A stretch of 64,000 bases of DNA from Deltaproteobacteria bacterium (lineage in GTDB: Bacteria > Desulfobacterota > Binatia > HRBIN30 > CADEER01). The stretch lies in NCBI GenBank assembly GCA_029262455.1, contig JAJCZJ010000020.1, positions 325,078-389,077 on the forward strand, written 5' to 3'. The notes under the pieces were generated by a model. The model was not told where the DNA came from and ran no database searches. It was given only the letters and a program-made list of their open reading frames with translations. Shown piece by piece: positions 54,860-64,000 of the stretch. How positions within the stretch are numbered: position 1 is the first letter of the stretch; the number at the start of each line of letters is the position of its first letter. A program made the position numbers and the translations under genes.

Positions 54860-55906
54860 TCAGTGGGCGACGGCCGCCTCCCAAATCATGAGAACCGAGA
54901 TCAGGACAACGGCCAACAGACCAATCCAAACACTCGCTTCGGAAAATCTCGTTTTTCGACGAATCAAGTCGTCGATAAAAGGCCAACAGAACATCGTGAA
55001 GACCACGAAGCCCATGCTGAGAATGGCCACGGTTCCGGAAAAAAGTTTCAGCCAACGAAACGCCACATAGAAGAACCACTCGGGTTTGATCACTTCGGGA
55101 GTCGTCAACGGATCGGCCAAAGGACCCATCGTGGCCGGGAACACAGTCGCCAACGCGCTCAGGAGAACCATCAACGACAGTCCGATGGTCAGCTCCATAT
55201 AGACGTGATCGGGGAACAGATTGAACGTTCCACCTCCGTCCGGCTCCTCCTCGAACGAGAGCTCGCTGACACCCTGCAACCGGACGATCGCGATGTGCAC
55301 AACGATCAACAGAGTCAGAATGATCGGCAACACCGCTCCGTGAAGGACAAAGAAGCGCGCCAGGGTATGGCTATTGTACGAATCGCCTCCGAGCAGCATG
55401 CGCTTGACGGTCGACCCGATCAGGGGAACGCCATCGGCGATGTTGGCGCCGACCGTCGCCCCCCAGTAGCTCAGCTGCTCATAGACGAGGCTGTAGCCGG
55501 TGAAGGCAATCGTCAGAGTGCAGACGAGCATCGACATACCGATCATCCAGTTGATCTCGCGCGGCTTGCGATAAGCCCCGGAAAAAAACACCCGCATCTG
55601 ATGGAGCACGATCGCGGCGATCATGAAGGTTGCGCCCCACTTGTGCACGCTCCGGACGTACCAACCAAATGGGACTTCGTCGGTGACATAGGCCACCGAC
55701 TGGTACGCGCGCGACGGCGACGGTTCGTAGTAAAAGGCGAGCAACAACCCCGTCACGATCTGAATCGCGTAGAGGTACGCCGGCGTACCTCCGAGGGCGA
55801 ACCACCATCGCTTCATGTGATTCGGCACCGGCTCGTTGGTGAGCCAACGTAAATCCTCACCGCTCACATCGAGTCGTTCCCCGAACCAATGGCGCACCGA
55901 CATCAT
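54860..55906 (-). CDS. Cytochrome b (Rieske/cytochrome b complex subunit)
   Basis: GWYVRSVHKWGATFMIAAIVLHQMRVFFSGAYRKPRE and downstream His-containing helices are typical of cytochrome b / b6. Confidence 0.75.
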   Translation of the reverse strand: MMSVRHWFGERLDVSGEDLRWLTNEPVPNHMKRWWFALGGTPAYLYAIQIVTGLLLAFYYEPSPSRAYQSVAYVTDEVPFGWYVRSVHKWGATFMIAAIVLHQMRVFFSGAYRKPREINWMIGMSMLVCTLTIAFTGYSLVYEQLSYWGATVGANIADGVPLIGSTVKRMLLGGDSYNSHTLARFFVLHGAVLPIILTLLIVVHIAIVRLQGVSELSFEEEPDGGGTFNLFPDHVYMELTIGLSLMVLLSALATVFPATMGPLADPLTTPEVIKPEWFFYVAFRWLKLFSGTVAILSMGFVVFTMFCWPFIDDLIRRKTRFSEASVWIGLLAVVLISVLMIWEAAVAH

Positions 55907-55915
55907 GCTCTGCCC

Positions 55916-56455
55916 CTAGGTCCGAAGCGCGCCCGTAGTGGACGGGATCAAGTCGGCTTCCGCCAACTCGATGAAAAGAAGGTTTCCTTCGACCTTTAGA
56001 TTGTACGGGATCAGATCGAGCCCCTGCTCCCCTGGCGGGCCACCCGTACCCTTGCCGGTCGAATCAAACACACCATTGTGACAGGGACAGAAATAGCGTT
56101 GGTCCCTACTCTGCCAATGAACCTTGCACCCGAGATGCGGGCAGACGTCCGAAAGCGCAGTGAATGTCACCGCGTCGACGTCATCGGCCTGGCGCGCAAT
56201 CACGACAGTCGCGCCGCTCGGTGTCGTATACTGAATCGTGCCCTCGACTCCCAGCCGGTCCAAGTCGCCGACATAGAGCCATTGCCCGAGGTTGCGCTGC
56301 GGCGGATAGAGGAACCTCGCGGCCAGTGAGGCAAACCCACCATAGGCCGTGACTAGGCTGACGAACAAACCACCCGACAAGAGCCTGGCAAAAAAGGCGC
56401 GACGCGGCGGTTGCTCCGGAATCTTCTTCCCCGATGACTCCTGCAGTATTGCCAT
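55916..56455 (-). CDS. Rieske [2Fe-2S] iron-sulfur protein with Tat signal
   Basis: Tat motif PRRAFFARLL. Rieske boxes CPHLGC and CPCHNG. Confidence 0.75.
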   Translation of the reverse strand: MAILQESSGKKIPEQPPRRAFFARLLSGGLFVSLVTAYGGFASLAARFLYPPQRNLGQWLYVGDLDRLGVEGTIQYTTPSGATVVIARQADDVDAVTFTALSDVCPHLGCKVHWQSRDQRYFCPCHNGVFDSTGKGTGGPPGEQGLDLIPYNLKVEGNLLFIELAEADLIPSTTGALRT

Positions 56456-56458
56456 GAC

Positions 56459-56908
56459 CTATGCGACAGCCGACGACGCGTTTGCCAGACGCTGTCCAAG
56501 AAAACGCAGGCAATCGGTTTCGCTAACCAGGCCCACGATCTCGTCCCCCGCCGCACCGCCGACGACAGGCAAACAACCGATGCGCTTCTCCAACATCGTC
56601 GCGACAGCATGCCGAAGCGGCGTCGTCTCGCGCGCGGTTTCGACATGCCTGGTCATCACGTGGCGAACTTCAATCTTTGAAAGCCATTCACGTTGTGGCC
56701 CCGGCTCGAACTCAAGCACTGACGAGATCGCAGCGCGGAATAAATCTCGCTGCGAAAGGATTCCGGCAAGGCGGTTGTTGACCACTACAGGCATATGGCG
56801 GATTCGGCCAAGCCGCATGATGTCATCGGCCAGATCGAGGGCGTCATCCACCTTTAGAGTGACGACCTCGCCCTGCATGATGTCTCTCAGAATCGGTTCA
56901 TCAGACAT
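56459..56908 (-). CDS. CBS-domain pair protein
   Basis: 149 aa. Two CBS-like segments (IRHMPVVVNNRLAGILSQRDL; IGCLPVVGGAAGDEIVGLVSETD). Confidence 0.6.
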   Translation of the reverse strand: MSDEPILRDIMQGEVVTLKVDDALDLADDIMRLGRIRHMPVVVNNRLAGILSQRDLFRAAISSVLEFEPGPQREWLSKIEVRHVMTRHVETARETTPLRHAVATMLEKRIGCLPVVGGAAGDEIVGLVSETDCLRFLGQRLANASSAVA

Positions 56909-57393
56909 GACAGTGACATCAGCAATTGTCGTACCGTCATTCCGCTGGTCCGTACGAACAGCGAACGAGAACAGGGATTCTCAAAATCACTGCTGGCAGC
57001 CGCTGGGTTTCTCACGTATGGGAAACCTGAATTCCAAATTCTCTGACCTGCGCGGTGGGTGGTACGACAAATCTAGTAGGGTCAGTGCGAGTCGTGCGCC
57101 GGCATCGAGGCAAAGGTATTTCGCCAAGTCGATCAAGCTTCTCTACGCCGCTTACTTCGGCGCGCTGAACACCTATTCAGCAGCAGCGCTCCAGTCGATC
57201 CAGAAGAAGGTGCCGATCTACGTACCCGACTTGGCGTTCGGCGTGCTAGGCGTCAGCCCTACCGAAGTAGCCCGACGCACTCGTCCGCGCAGGTGAACAA
57301 CCCGTCCGACGAATAACGTCGGCCGATGCCGCCCTCAGATCGTTGGTAACATTTTCTTGCTGCAATCCAGCAATCCTGGTCTACTTCGAACTG

Positions 57394-58962
57394 ATGAAAC
57401 AGACTCACCTCGTATTCCTCGCGCTGGGCCTCAGCACCCTATGCACGCACCCGATCGCGGCGCAGATCGAACCCATTGGCAACAGTATTCAAGTCGGTAC
57501 CAACGACGGCACCAACCAATTTCTGCCAACGGTCGCCGCGGCGCCGAACGGCAACTTTGTGGTTGCTTGGAGTCGTGCATTTGACTTCCCATTCATGGGG
57601 CAGATGATCCCGGTGCGCCAGCTACAAGCGCGCGCCTTCGACAGCGCCGGAGCGCCAGTGGGCTTCGAATTCAACATTCGTTCGGGGTACCAAACCGCGT
57701 TCATTCCAGACGCCACCGCGATCGATGGCGGATTCGTTGTGGCTTGGGAAAAACAGTTTGACTACGGCGTCCACGCGATAAAGCTCGACGCGTCGGGAAG
57801 CGCGCCCACCGGAGCGGAGTTTCTCGTCGACTCCACGGTTGTTTACAACAACCCGCCCGGCGAACCCGGCGACACCCTCAACCCGGAACAACCTGTCGTC
57901 GCTGCGACTGCCAACGGCGGTTTCGTCGTCGTGTGGTCCCGCGTCTACCTCGAGTGGCCCCCCACTGGAATCAGAGAGGGGCGTGGTGTGCACGGACGTC
58001 TCTATGACAGCAACGGCACGCCGGGTTCGAAGTTTCAGGTAAACACCACCCAACCAATGGAACACGCAGCCGCGGGACGCGACGTCGCCTCGGATCCCTC
58101 TGGAAACTTCGTTGCCGTCTGGGACTTTGAGAACGACGACGCAATCTTCGGGCAACGGTTTAACTCGAACGGGACACCGGTCGGCACCGAATTCTCAGTG
58201 AGCGGTCCGCCGGACACTCGCACCGACCCATCGACCTGCATGCACTCTGACTCCAGCTTCGTCGTCGAGTGGACGGCAACGGACGGCTCGGGGAACCCAC
58301 GCATTCAAGCCCAACGCTTCGACAGCGGTGGCACTTCCCAAGGCACAGATTTTCGAGTCAGCTTACCTTCGGCGACCTCAGCGCAGTACGGAGAGATTGT
58401 TTGCACCGGCGATGGCGGCTTCACCATTGCCTGGGACGAGCCCAGCGGCTTCTTCGGCCGTCGTTACGACGCCGCGGGCGATCCAGTCGGGACACGGGTA
58501 TCGTTACATGCGTCCGGACAGTCGCTTGACTCGCGTCCGCGCCTCGCGGCGCAGACGTTTCCCAATCTACTGATGGTGCATGACAGCAGCGCTATTACCG
58601 CTCAGCGAATGCGGGCGTCAGGAGAGGGATTCCCGGTCGACAGCTTCAAATGCTACAAGGCTATCGACCGAGAGGCGCCGCCGTTTCAGTCGCTGAGTGT
58701 AACGCTGGCGGACCAGTTCGCCATCAACGACGGCACTTTCAAGGTCGTCAAACCGCGCCTCCTCTGCAACCCCGTGGCAGTGGACAGCGAGGGGATTAAC
58801 CGACCTGACGAACACCAGGTTTGCTATAAGATCCGCGGACCAAGAATAGACCGCGACGAGAGACCCCTCATCTCCGTGAGCAGCGACTTCGGGGTTTCGC
58901 AGCTGGAGATCGTCAGACCATTGTACTTGTGCATACCTTCTCTCAAGACGGTACTTCCCTAG
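57394..58962 (+). CDS. Secreted repeat protein with six or more NG[NG]F[VT][VI][AV]W modules (beta-propeller/beta-sandwich-like), unknown function
   Basis: Signal peptide MKQTHLVFLALGLSTLCTHPIAAQ. Repeats NGNFVVAWS, DGGFVVAWE, NGGFVVVWS, SGNFVAVWD, DSSFVVEWT, DGGFTIAWD, each followed by QRF/GRRYD-like segments. Confidence 0.45.
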   Translation: MKQTHLVFLALGLSTLCTHPIAAQIEPIGNSIQVGTNDGTNQFLPTVAAAPNGNFVVAWSRAFDFPFMGQMIPVRQLQARAFDSAGAPVGFEFNIRSGYQTAFIPDATAIDGGFVVAWEKQFDYGVHAIKLDASGSAPTGAEFLVDSTVVYNNPPGEPGDTLNPEQPVVAATANGGFVVVWSRVYLEWPPTGIREGRGVHGRLYDSNGTPGSKFQVNTTQPMEHAAAGRDVASDPSGNFVAVWDFENDDAIFGQRFNSNGTPVGTEFSVSGPPDTRTDPSTCMHSDSSFVVEWTATDGSGNPRIQAQRFDSGGTSQGTDFRVSLPSATSAQYGEIVCTGDGGFTIAWDEPSGFFGRRYDAAGDPVGTRVSLHASGQSLDSRPRLAAQTFPNLLMVHDSSAITAQRMRASGEGFPVDSFKCYKAIDREAPPFQSLSVTLADQFAINDGTFKVVKPRLLCNPVAVDSEGINRPDEHQVCYKIRGPRIDRDERPLISVSSDFGVSQLEIVRPLYLCIPSLKTVLP

Positions 58963-59031
58963 CGCGAACTCAAGGACGCCAATGCGGCGGCACAGACGGC
59001 ACCACCCGTCGCGGAGGCAATCAACTAAGCT

Positions 59032-60456
59032 ATGGGCGACGAGATCAATCAGCGCTACTACGACGCCGATGACTTCAGCGACTTTCGACACAATCTCGAT
59101 GAGGAAACAGCGCTACTCGGCAATCTCTTTCAACAAGACGACTTCAGCAAGCGCGGAGACATGGCAGGCTTCGAGCTCGAAGCCTGGCTGATCGACGACC
59201 AGGGGGATCCATTCCCGGACAACGAAAGTTACCTGAAGGCCCTCGACAACCCACTCGTCGTTCCCGAGCTCGCTAGGTTCAACGTCGAATTGAACGGAAG
59301 CCCGACTGCCCTCACTGGCCGGGTGTTTTCACGCTTGCAAGATGAACTCGATGCAACCTGGCGATCCTGCCGCAAAGCAGCGGACCGATTGAAGTGTCAC
59401 CTCCTGACAATCGGTATCCTGCCGACCGTCAAGGAAGCCATGTTGTCGGACGAGTACATGTCGCACATGGTCCGCTATCAGACGTTGAATGATCGGGTCA
59501 TGGCGCTGCGCGACGGAAAGCCGCTCGAGCTCAACATCGAAGGCACGCCCAACCTCCTCGCGACACATTCCGACGTCATGCTCGAGGCCGCCGCCACGTC
59601 GTTTCAGGTCCACCTGCAATGCCTGCCCGACCGGGCGGTGCGCGACTTCAACGCGTCGCTGATCGCGTCTGCACCGATGGTCGCCGTCTCGGCGAATTCA
59701 CCCTTTCTGTTCGGACACGCGCTCTGGGACGAAACCCGCATCCCGCTATTTGAACAGGCAGTTGACCTCGGCGAGCGATTCCCGTCCAGAGTCAGTTTCG
59801 GCAAGAGCTATGTAAACGAGTCGCTCTTCGAAATCTTCGAAGAGAACCAGCGCGAGCATCCGATCCTGATTCCGGCGGTCCAGGAGCAACCGGCGAACCA
59901 ATTCGCTCACGTGCGCTTCCACAATGGGACACTGTGGCGTTGGAATCGCCCCTTGATCGGCTTCGATTTCGACGGCCAGGTGCATCTGCGGATCGAACAC
60001 CGGGTCATTCCAGCCGGCCCCACGATCAAGGATTGTATCGCCAATTGCGCCTTCTACTTTGGTTTGGTGCGCGGCTGGGGCCTGGACAAGGAGCCACTGG
60101 AGAACCACATCCCCTTCGAAGTCGCGCGCGACAACTTCTACAACGCCGCCCGATACGGTTTGGGCGCTCGGGTCCGATGGTCGCGCGATGGCACCGAGAG
60201 TGAAGTCTCGATTCGATCCCTGATCATCGACGAACTATTGCCAATCGCTCGCGCCGGCCTTCAGTCGAGATCAATTCCGGACTCGGAGATCGACGACTAC
60301 CTGGGAGTGATCGCAGCGCGCGCCGAATCGTCACAGAACGGCGCGGCCTGGCAACGGCGTTGGATCGAAGAGAACGGTCCAGACTTCAACGGTCTGGTCC
60401 TCGCATACCGCGAACAACAGAACCGGGGTTGCCCGGTTCACGAATGGACGCTTTAA
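59032..60456 (+). CDS. Glutamate-cysteine ligase family 2 (GCS2/YbdK-like) carboxylate-amine ligase
   Basis: 474 aa with the pattern of the GCS2 family (ELNGSP, HVHLQC, SANSPFLFG). Call from motif recollection only. Confidence 0.4.
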   Translation: MGDEINQRYYDADDFSDFRHNLDEETALLGNLFQQDDFSKRGDMAGFELEAWLIDDQGDPFPDNESYLKALDNPLVVPELARFNVELNGSPTALTGRVFSRLQDELDATWRSCRKAADRLKCHLLTIGILPTVKEAMLSDEYMSHMVRYQTLNDRVMALRDGKPLELNIEGTPNLLATHSDVMLEAAATSFQVHLQCLPDRAVRDFNASLIASAPMVAVSANSPFLFGHALWDETRIPLFEQAVDLGERFPSRVSFGKSYVNESLFEIFEENQREHPILIPAVQEQPANQFAHVRFHNGTLWRWNRPLIGFDFDGQVHLRIEHRVIPAGPTIKDCIANCAFYFGLVRGWGLDKEPLENHIPFEVARDNFYNAARYGLGARVRWSRDGTESEVSIRSLIIDELLPIARAGLQSRSIPDSEIDDYLGVIAARAESSQNGAAWQRRWIEENGPDFNGLVLAYREQQNRGCPVHEWTL

Positions 60457-60465
60457 GTCCGTCTC

Positions 60466-61461
60466 GTGCAAGAGCTTACAACCCTCCCGAAGCACCTACT
60501 GGAATGCCCTGCGACCGAGCTCAAGGCGCTGCTGGGTGGACCAACTCTGCTGCACTTGCAGGGAGAGAAAGAGCCGGCGCTCTTCGTCTCACTGCTCCTC
60601 CACGGTAACGAGGTGAGCGGATGGGACGGCCTTCGCCGCCTGCTGGCGGCGAATCCGGACTTGCCGCGGTCGATGTCGATTTTCATTGGAAACATAGACG
60701 CCGCGGAGCAACGCGTCCGCACACTGCCGAATCAGCAAGACTTCAACCGAATCTGGCGCGGTGCGACCGGCCCAGAAGGACAGATGGCGGCATCCGCCCT
60801 CCGGTCGATGACCGCGCGCAAGCTCTTTGCCGCCGTAGACTTGCACAACAATACTGGACGCAACCCCCACTACAGCGTGCTCACTGACCTGAGCGCCAGC
60901 AACTTCGGGCTGGCGTACCTGTTCTCAAACAATGCCGTCTACATCCGAGAGCCCGACACGGTGTTGACCAGCGTGCTCTCCGAACACTGTCCAGCAATCG
61001 CGCTGGAACTCGGCCCGGTCGGCGATCCGAGATGCGCCGAACGCTCGTACGACTACCTCACAAGACTTCTCCAACTCGAAGAGGTGCCCACGGCAACCCC
61101 CGACAACTTCAACCTCTTCCGTACCGTCGTACGCGTACACATCCCCGAGGGCATCGAGTTCTCGTTCGCTGACACCCCCACAGACAGCGGCGAGCTCGTA
61201 CTCACCGCGGGCATCGAGAGCATCAACTTCCACGAGATGCCCGCCGGCACGAGCTTCGGCCTCACCAACCGGCCCCTGAACGAGTCCCTCCGGGCCCTCG
61301 ACGTGGTTCACGACGATGTTACCGACCGGTACTTTCAGGTGACGGACAACGAGATCCGCACAAGAAAAAGTATCGTACCCGCCATGTACACCACCGACCC
61401 TCAGGTCATTCGGCAGGACTGCTTGTGCTACTTCATGGAACGAATCACCGGGCTTGTTTGA
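60466..61461 (+). CDS. Succinylglutamate desuccinylase/aspartoacylase (AstE/AspA) family zinc hydrolase-like protein
   Basis: LLLHGNEVSG (HGNE metal-binding motif of the AstE_AspA family), an internal His, and about 331 aa. Confidence 0.5.
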   Translation: MQELTTLPKHLLECPATELKALLGGPTLLHLQGEKEPALFVSLLLHGNEVSGWDGLRRLLAANPDLPRSMSIFIGNIDAAEQRVRTLPNQQDFNRIWRGATGPEGQMAASALRSMTARKLFAAVDLHNNTGRNPHYSVLTDLSASNFGLAYLFSNNAVYIREPDTVLTSVLSEHCPAIALELGPVGDPRCAERSYDYLTRLLQLEEVPTATPDNFNLFRTVVRVHIPEGIEFSFADTPTDSGELVLTAGIESINFHEMPAGTSFGLTNRPLNESLRALDVVHDDVTDRYFQVTDNEIRTRKSIVPAMYTTDPQVIRQDCLCYFMERITGLV

Positions 61462-61541
61462 CGGATCAGAGCCAACCGTCTTCATGACGACACGGGATGG
61501 AATGGCGTTCAACTGGTTGAACGCCAGCCGTTGGCCGTGGC

Positions 61542-62876
61542 CTAACGAATCGGTTGGAAATCGAGATTCGGGAGCTCACGTATTGCCGGCCGCAGCAGCA
61601 GCTCCTGCATCAGGGTTCGCCGATGCAGGCAACGGATCAACTCTGCATCGCGACTGCGGTCATCTTCCCAGACGAAACGCTCGAGTTCCGAGTCGGCCTC
61701 AGCCCAATCGCCGACGGATTTTCCAACGAGAACCGACACCAGCGCGAGATCTTCCTTGTCGGCAGCATCGCCCCAGAGGTCGACGGAGCGCGCCGCCTGC
61801 GCCATACGCAGCGCGGTTCCGAACTCATAGTCGGTCCTTTCGCGCTCGAGGGTTTTCACGAGCAGCTCGAACATTCCCGCGTGCCGCGATTCGGCCGCCT
61901 CGGGCAGCGCCACGGAATCGAGCTCAACTCCCTCGACACCGGCAATCGTCTCGATCGCCATGCGCCCAAACACCAGATACCAACTGAGGTACTGCGGAAG
62001 ATTCAGTCCGGCGAAAGGCTTGGCACACACTGCGGCCACCGCCATCGGCGTGTTCAACGAGAATCGCGCCGAGTGGTAGGCAATGACGCCGAGATCGATC
62101 TCTTCTCCGGTAATCTCTGCGTACTTGCGATACGCCCGTGCGATATCCCCGAGTGGTTCCGAAACATCGCGACCACGAAAAGCAGCCAGGTCGCCGAGCG
62201 GATCGCCGAGATGCGATAATTCAAAATCGAGAACAGCCGTCACCTTTCCGTCGTCGAAGAGAAACTGCGCCGCGTCCCCGGTTACGAACGTCGTCCGACT
62301 GCGATGCATCGGCACATTGCGCTTGAGCCAAAGCAAAGCAAACTCGATCAGCGGCTCCGGTCTCTGCTTGCCCTGTCGATAGCCCTTTTCCCAGACCGGC
62401 AAGTCGTCGAGCCCGATCTGCCGTGCCCCCTCGGGGCGTTGCAGACCGATCGCGTCGAACGCCGCCAGATCGATCGAGTGCATGCGTGCCAAGATAGCGA
62501 CGTACTCGTCCATCACCGCGCAACGCTCCGCTTCGTCCTGAGCGGTTGCCAGGTTCGCCCGACCGGGGGCACAGGCCATGACGATACCGCGAGGATCTTC
62601 GCAGAAACCGTAGAGCCGAGGCACAGGAATCCCGTGGTCTTCGAGAACCCGCATCACCTCGTACTCATGCCGGATGTCGTATGTCCCCTGCCCCATCTCA
62701 CGGTCGCCACGGTAGTAGACTCGCACGACCTCACCGTCGCATTCGACCTCGAGAAACCACGCCGGACGCCAGCGCGGTTGGCGTTCGACGCGAAGCGCCC
62801 GACCGCCAACCATGCGGCCAACTTCCGCGAACACGCGCTGCCAGCGATCCTCCTTTACTTGCTCGACTGGGATCAT
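61542..62876 (-). CDS. Phosphotransferase-family kinase (APH/choline-kinase-like fold)
   Basis: ORF 61542..62990 trimmed to internal Met MIPVEQV, preceded by aggagggg. Brenner-like HRD-equivalent DFELSHLGDPLGDLA and the overall APH pattern. Confidence 0.45.
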   Translation of the reverse strand: MIPVEQVKEDRWQRVFAEVGRMVGGRALRVERQPRWRPAWFLEVECDGEVVRVYYRGDREMGQGTYDIRHEYEVMRVLEDHGIPVPRLYGFCEDPRGIVMACAPGRANLATAQDEAERCAVMDEYVAILARMHSIDLAAFDAIGLQRPEGARQIGLDDLPVWEKGYRQGKQRPEPLIEFALLWLKRNVPMHRSRTTFVTGDAAQFLFDDGKVTAVLDFELSHLGDPLGDLAAFRGRDVSEPLGDIARAYRKYAEITGEEIDLGVIAYHSARFSLNTPMAVAAVCAKPFAGLNLPQYLSWYLVFGRMAIETIAGVEGVELDSVALPEAAESRHAGMFELLVKTLERERTDYEFGTALRMAQAARSVDLWGDAADKEDLALVSVLVGKSVGDWAEADSELERFVWEDDRSRDAELIRCLHRRTLMQELLLRPAIRELPNLDFQPIR

Positions 62877-63097
62877 ACCCCTCCTGGGTTGCAAGGTCCG
62901 ACTCTGAGTTGGCTCGACGCACCGCACAATGCAAGCGAGCAAGCGATGACAAGCGAAGAAACCCAGATATCGGTTCACTGGGCGCTCCAAATCTGGGTCG
63001 ACGCCGAAAGGTTGCGTCCTTACCTGGGGAGGCGTTATTGTCCGAAAGCGTGTCGCATTTTTGACCGCGAGCTAGGCAACCAAGGGGGGACATCGCA

Positions 63098-64000
63098 TGA
63101 AGACTCGGACCAGGAGTTTTGTGTTTGCGTTAGCTGCGTCGATCGTGATCGCCAGCGGAAGCGCCAGCGCCAATACCGTTACACAAAACACATCGTGGAC
63201 GATTGACCGCAGCGGCACCGGCACAACCTACCGCGTCGTCGCCTACGGCGATTCAATCTACGCTGGGTACTACGGCTCGATCTCGAGGGTAGCCCGGCGA
63301 GCCGCACCCTGGATCGAGGGCGAATACCTCTCGGCACATTGGAACGCCGACATCGAAGTCATCCGCCGCACGAAGTCAGGAGCTGTCGCCTCCGACATTT
63401 ATCAAAACAAAATCGTCGCGGAAGATTCCCACATGCAAAGCGCGAACACCCGCGTCGTCACGTTCGAGATGTGCGGTAACGACGGCCTGCAAGCGCGGTC
63501 GGACTTCGCCGGCCAGTCGGGAACCTGCAACTACGCCCCGTTGGACAATGCGTTGGCGAACTGCACGACCTACCAAGAGCTAGCGATGCAGTACATCAAT
63601 GCCAACGCCCATGCCAACACCGAACTCAAGATCGTCGCCAACCTTTACTATCCGGGTTACGACGCCGACAACGGCTTGGCGAACTGCAACGATCCAACGA
63701 CCGGCCAGCCACCGAGCAGGCAAGACATCATGATGCCGTATCTCGTGCGCATGAACTGGCGGGCCTGCAACTTCGCCAACACTTACGGCTTCGAGTGCGC
63801 CGACAGTTTCGCGGAGTACATGGGCGCCGACTACGACACCAACGGCGACAGCCTGATCGACTCGGACGCGCTGCGCTACGTGCAAGGCGAGAGTGAAGCG
63901 GACTACGTGACCCGGCTGACACAAACTCTGCGCTCAACGGTGCGTGACGCCAGCTTCCACTTCGTAAACAACACGACTAGCTTCGACTACATCCAGTCGG
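63098..64000 (+). CDS. Secreted GDSL/SGNH-family lipase/esterase-like protein (3' end beyond window)
   Basis: Manual translation: MKTRTRSFVFALAASIVIASGSASA (signal peptide), VAYGDSIYAGYYG (GDS block I), open to the window edge. Not in the ORF track because no stop occurs in the window. Confidence 0.55.

Noticed and set aside
56349-57296. 315-aa plus-strand ORF spanning the CBS gene (antisense) and the 57-kb intergenic region
   Set aside because: Ser/Arg-rich low-complexity translation, and it overlaps a supported minus-strand gene. The downstream secreted-protein gene has a clean signal-peptide start at 57394.
1-64000. Searched by eye for rRNA, tRNA, transposase/integrase, phage or plasmid genes and for long inverted or direct repeats marking a mobile island boundary
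   Set aside because: None found. The glycan region is not flanked by recognisable mobility genes within the window, so calling it a mobile or horizontally acquired island is not supported here. Compositional analysis would be needed.

Overview
High-GC (roughly 60-65% by eye) bacterial chromosomal segment with densely packed genes on both strands. I found no rRNA, tRNA, CRISPR, transposase or phage genes. A 'CGNG...ECDD' Cys-rich repeat protein suggests a delta-proteobacterial/myxobacteria-like origin.

Layout:
- Left end (1-7.9 kb): three large secreted repeat proteins. One is a PD40/TolB-like propeller CDS that starts in the window and runs off the 5' edge on the minus strand, which is why it is absent from the ORF track. 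The others are a Gly-rich Hep_Hag/YadA-head-like repeat protein and a beta-helix protein with a Pro/Thr linker.
- 7.8-16.5 kb: housekeeping genes (lnt, HpcH/CitE-like lyase, alpha/beta-hydrolase lipoprotein, MATE efflux pump, TPP enzyme plus aldehyde dehydrogenase).
- About 16.7-49.1 kb: one continuous glycan/glycoprotein-modification region, in four parts:
  - three tandem paralogous YfhO-like GT-C membrane glycosyltransferases with a GtrB/DPM1-like GT2;
  - a minus-strand operon of MBOAT O-acyltransferase, a long SGNH-domain partner and a GT11 alpha-1,2-fucosyltransferase;
  - a plus-strand run of 11 genes (29.4-45.4 kb). The last eight (32.6-45.4 kb) are translationally coupled and encode three different PqqD-like (RRE) domain fusions to glycosyltransferases, two P4H/PhyH-like 2OG-Fe(II) oxygenases, an O-fucosyltransferase-like GT, a GT60-like (Skp1/mucin GlcNAc-transferase family) enzyme with a histone-H1-like basic tail, a GT25 domain, and a 1135-aa five-domain enzyme (sulfotransferase, small domain, methyltransferase, GT-A, TylF-like methyltransferase);
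  - on the minus strand, a second sulfotransferase preceded by a 17-copy heptanucleotide repeat, a second GT60-like gene, and a plant-type GDP-mannose 3,5-epimerase.
- The island contains two paralogous small proteins in opposite orientations (31963-32469 plus strand; 45413-45892 minus strand, just past the operon's last gene). Each has a conserved N-terminal coiled-coil plus SRRxALK (Tat-like) segment and a divergent Pro/Thr/Ser-rich tail.
- A novel ~80-aa domain (GG-x-Y-x-L-x-L ... LRDL ... QLPLDGG ... PP) recurs in three different enzymes.
- Right part (49-64 kb): TPR-like protein, signal-peptide methyltransferase, NmrA-like reductase, a Rieske/cytochrome b/octaheme cytochrome c operon, CBS protein, a secreted FVVAW-repeat protein, GCS2-like ligase, AstE/AspA-family protein, APH-like kinase, and a partial GDSL lipase.

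Main hypothesis: the island encodes a previously undescribed bacterial pathway that hydroxylates, O-glycosylates, sulfates and methylates Pro/Thr-rich exported (Tat-like) proteins or RiPP-like peptides, with enzyme classes paralleling the eukaryotic Skp1, extensin and mucin hydroxyproline/threonine glycosylation pathways.

Coordinates follow the supplied ORF track; starts were refined by signal peptides, ribosome-binding sites and gene overlaps.
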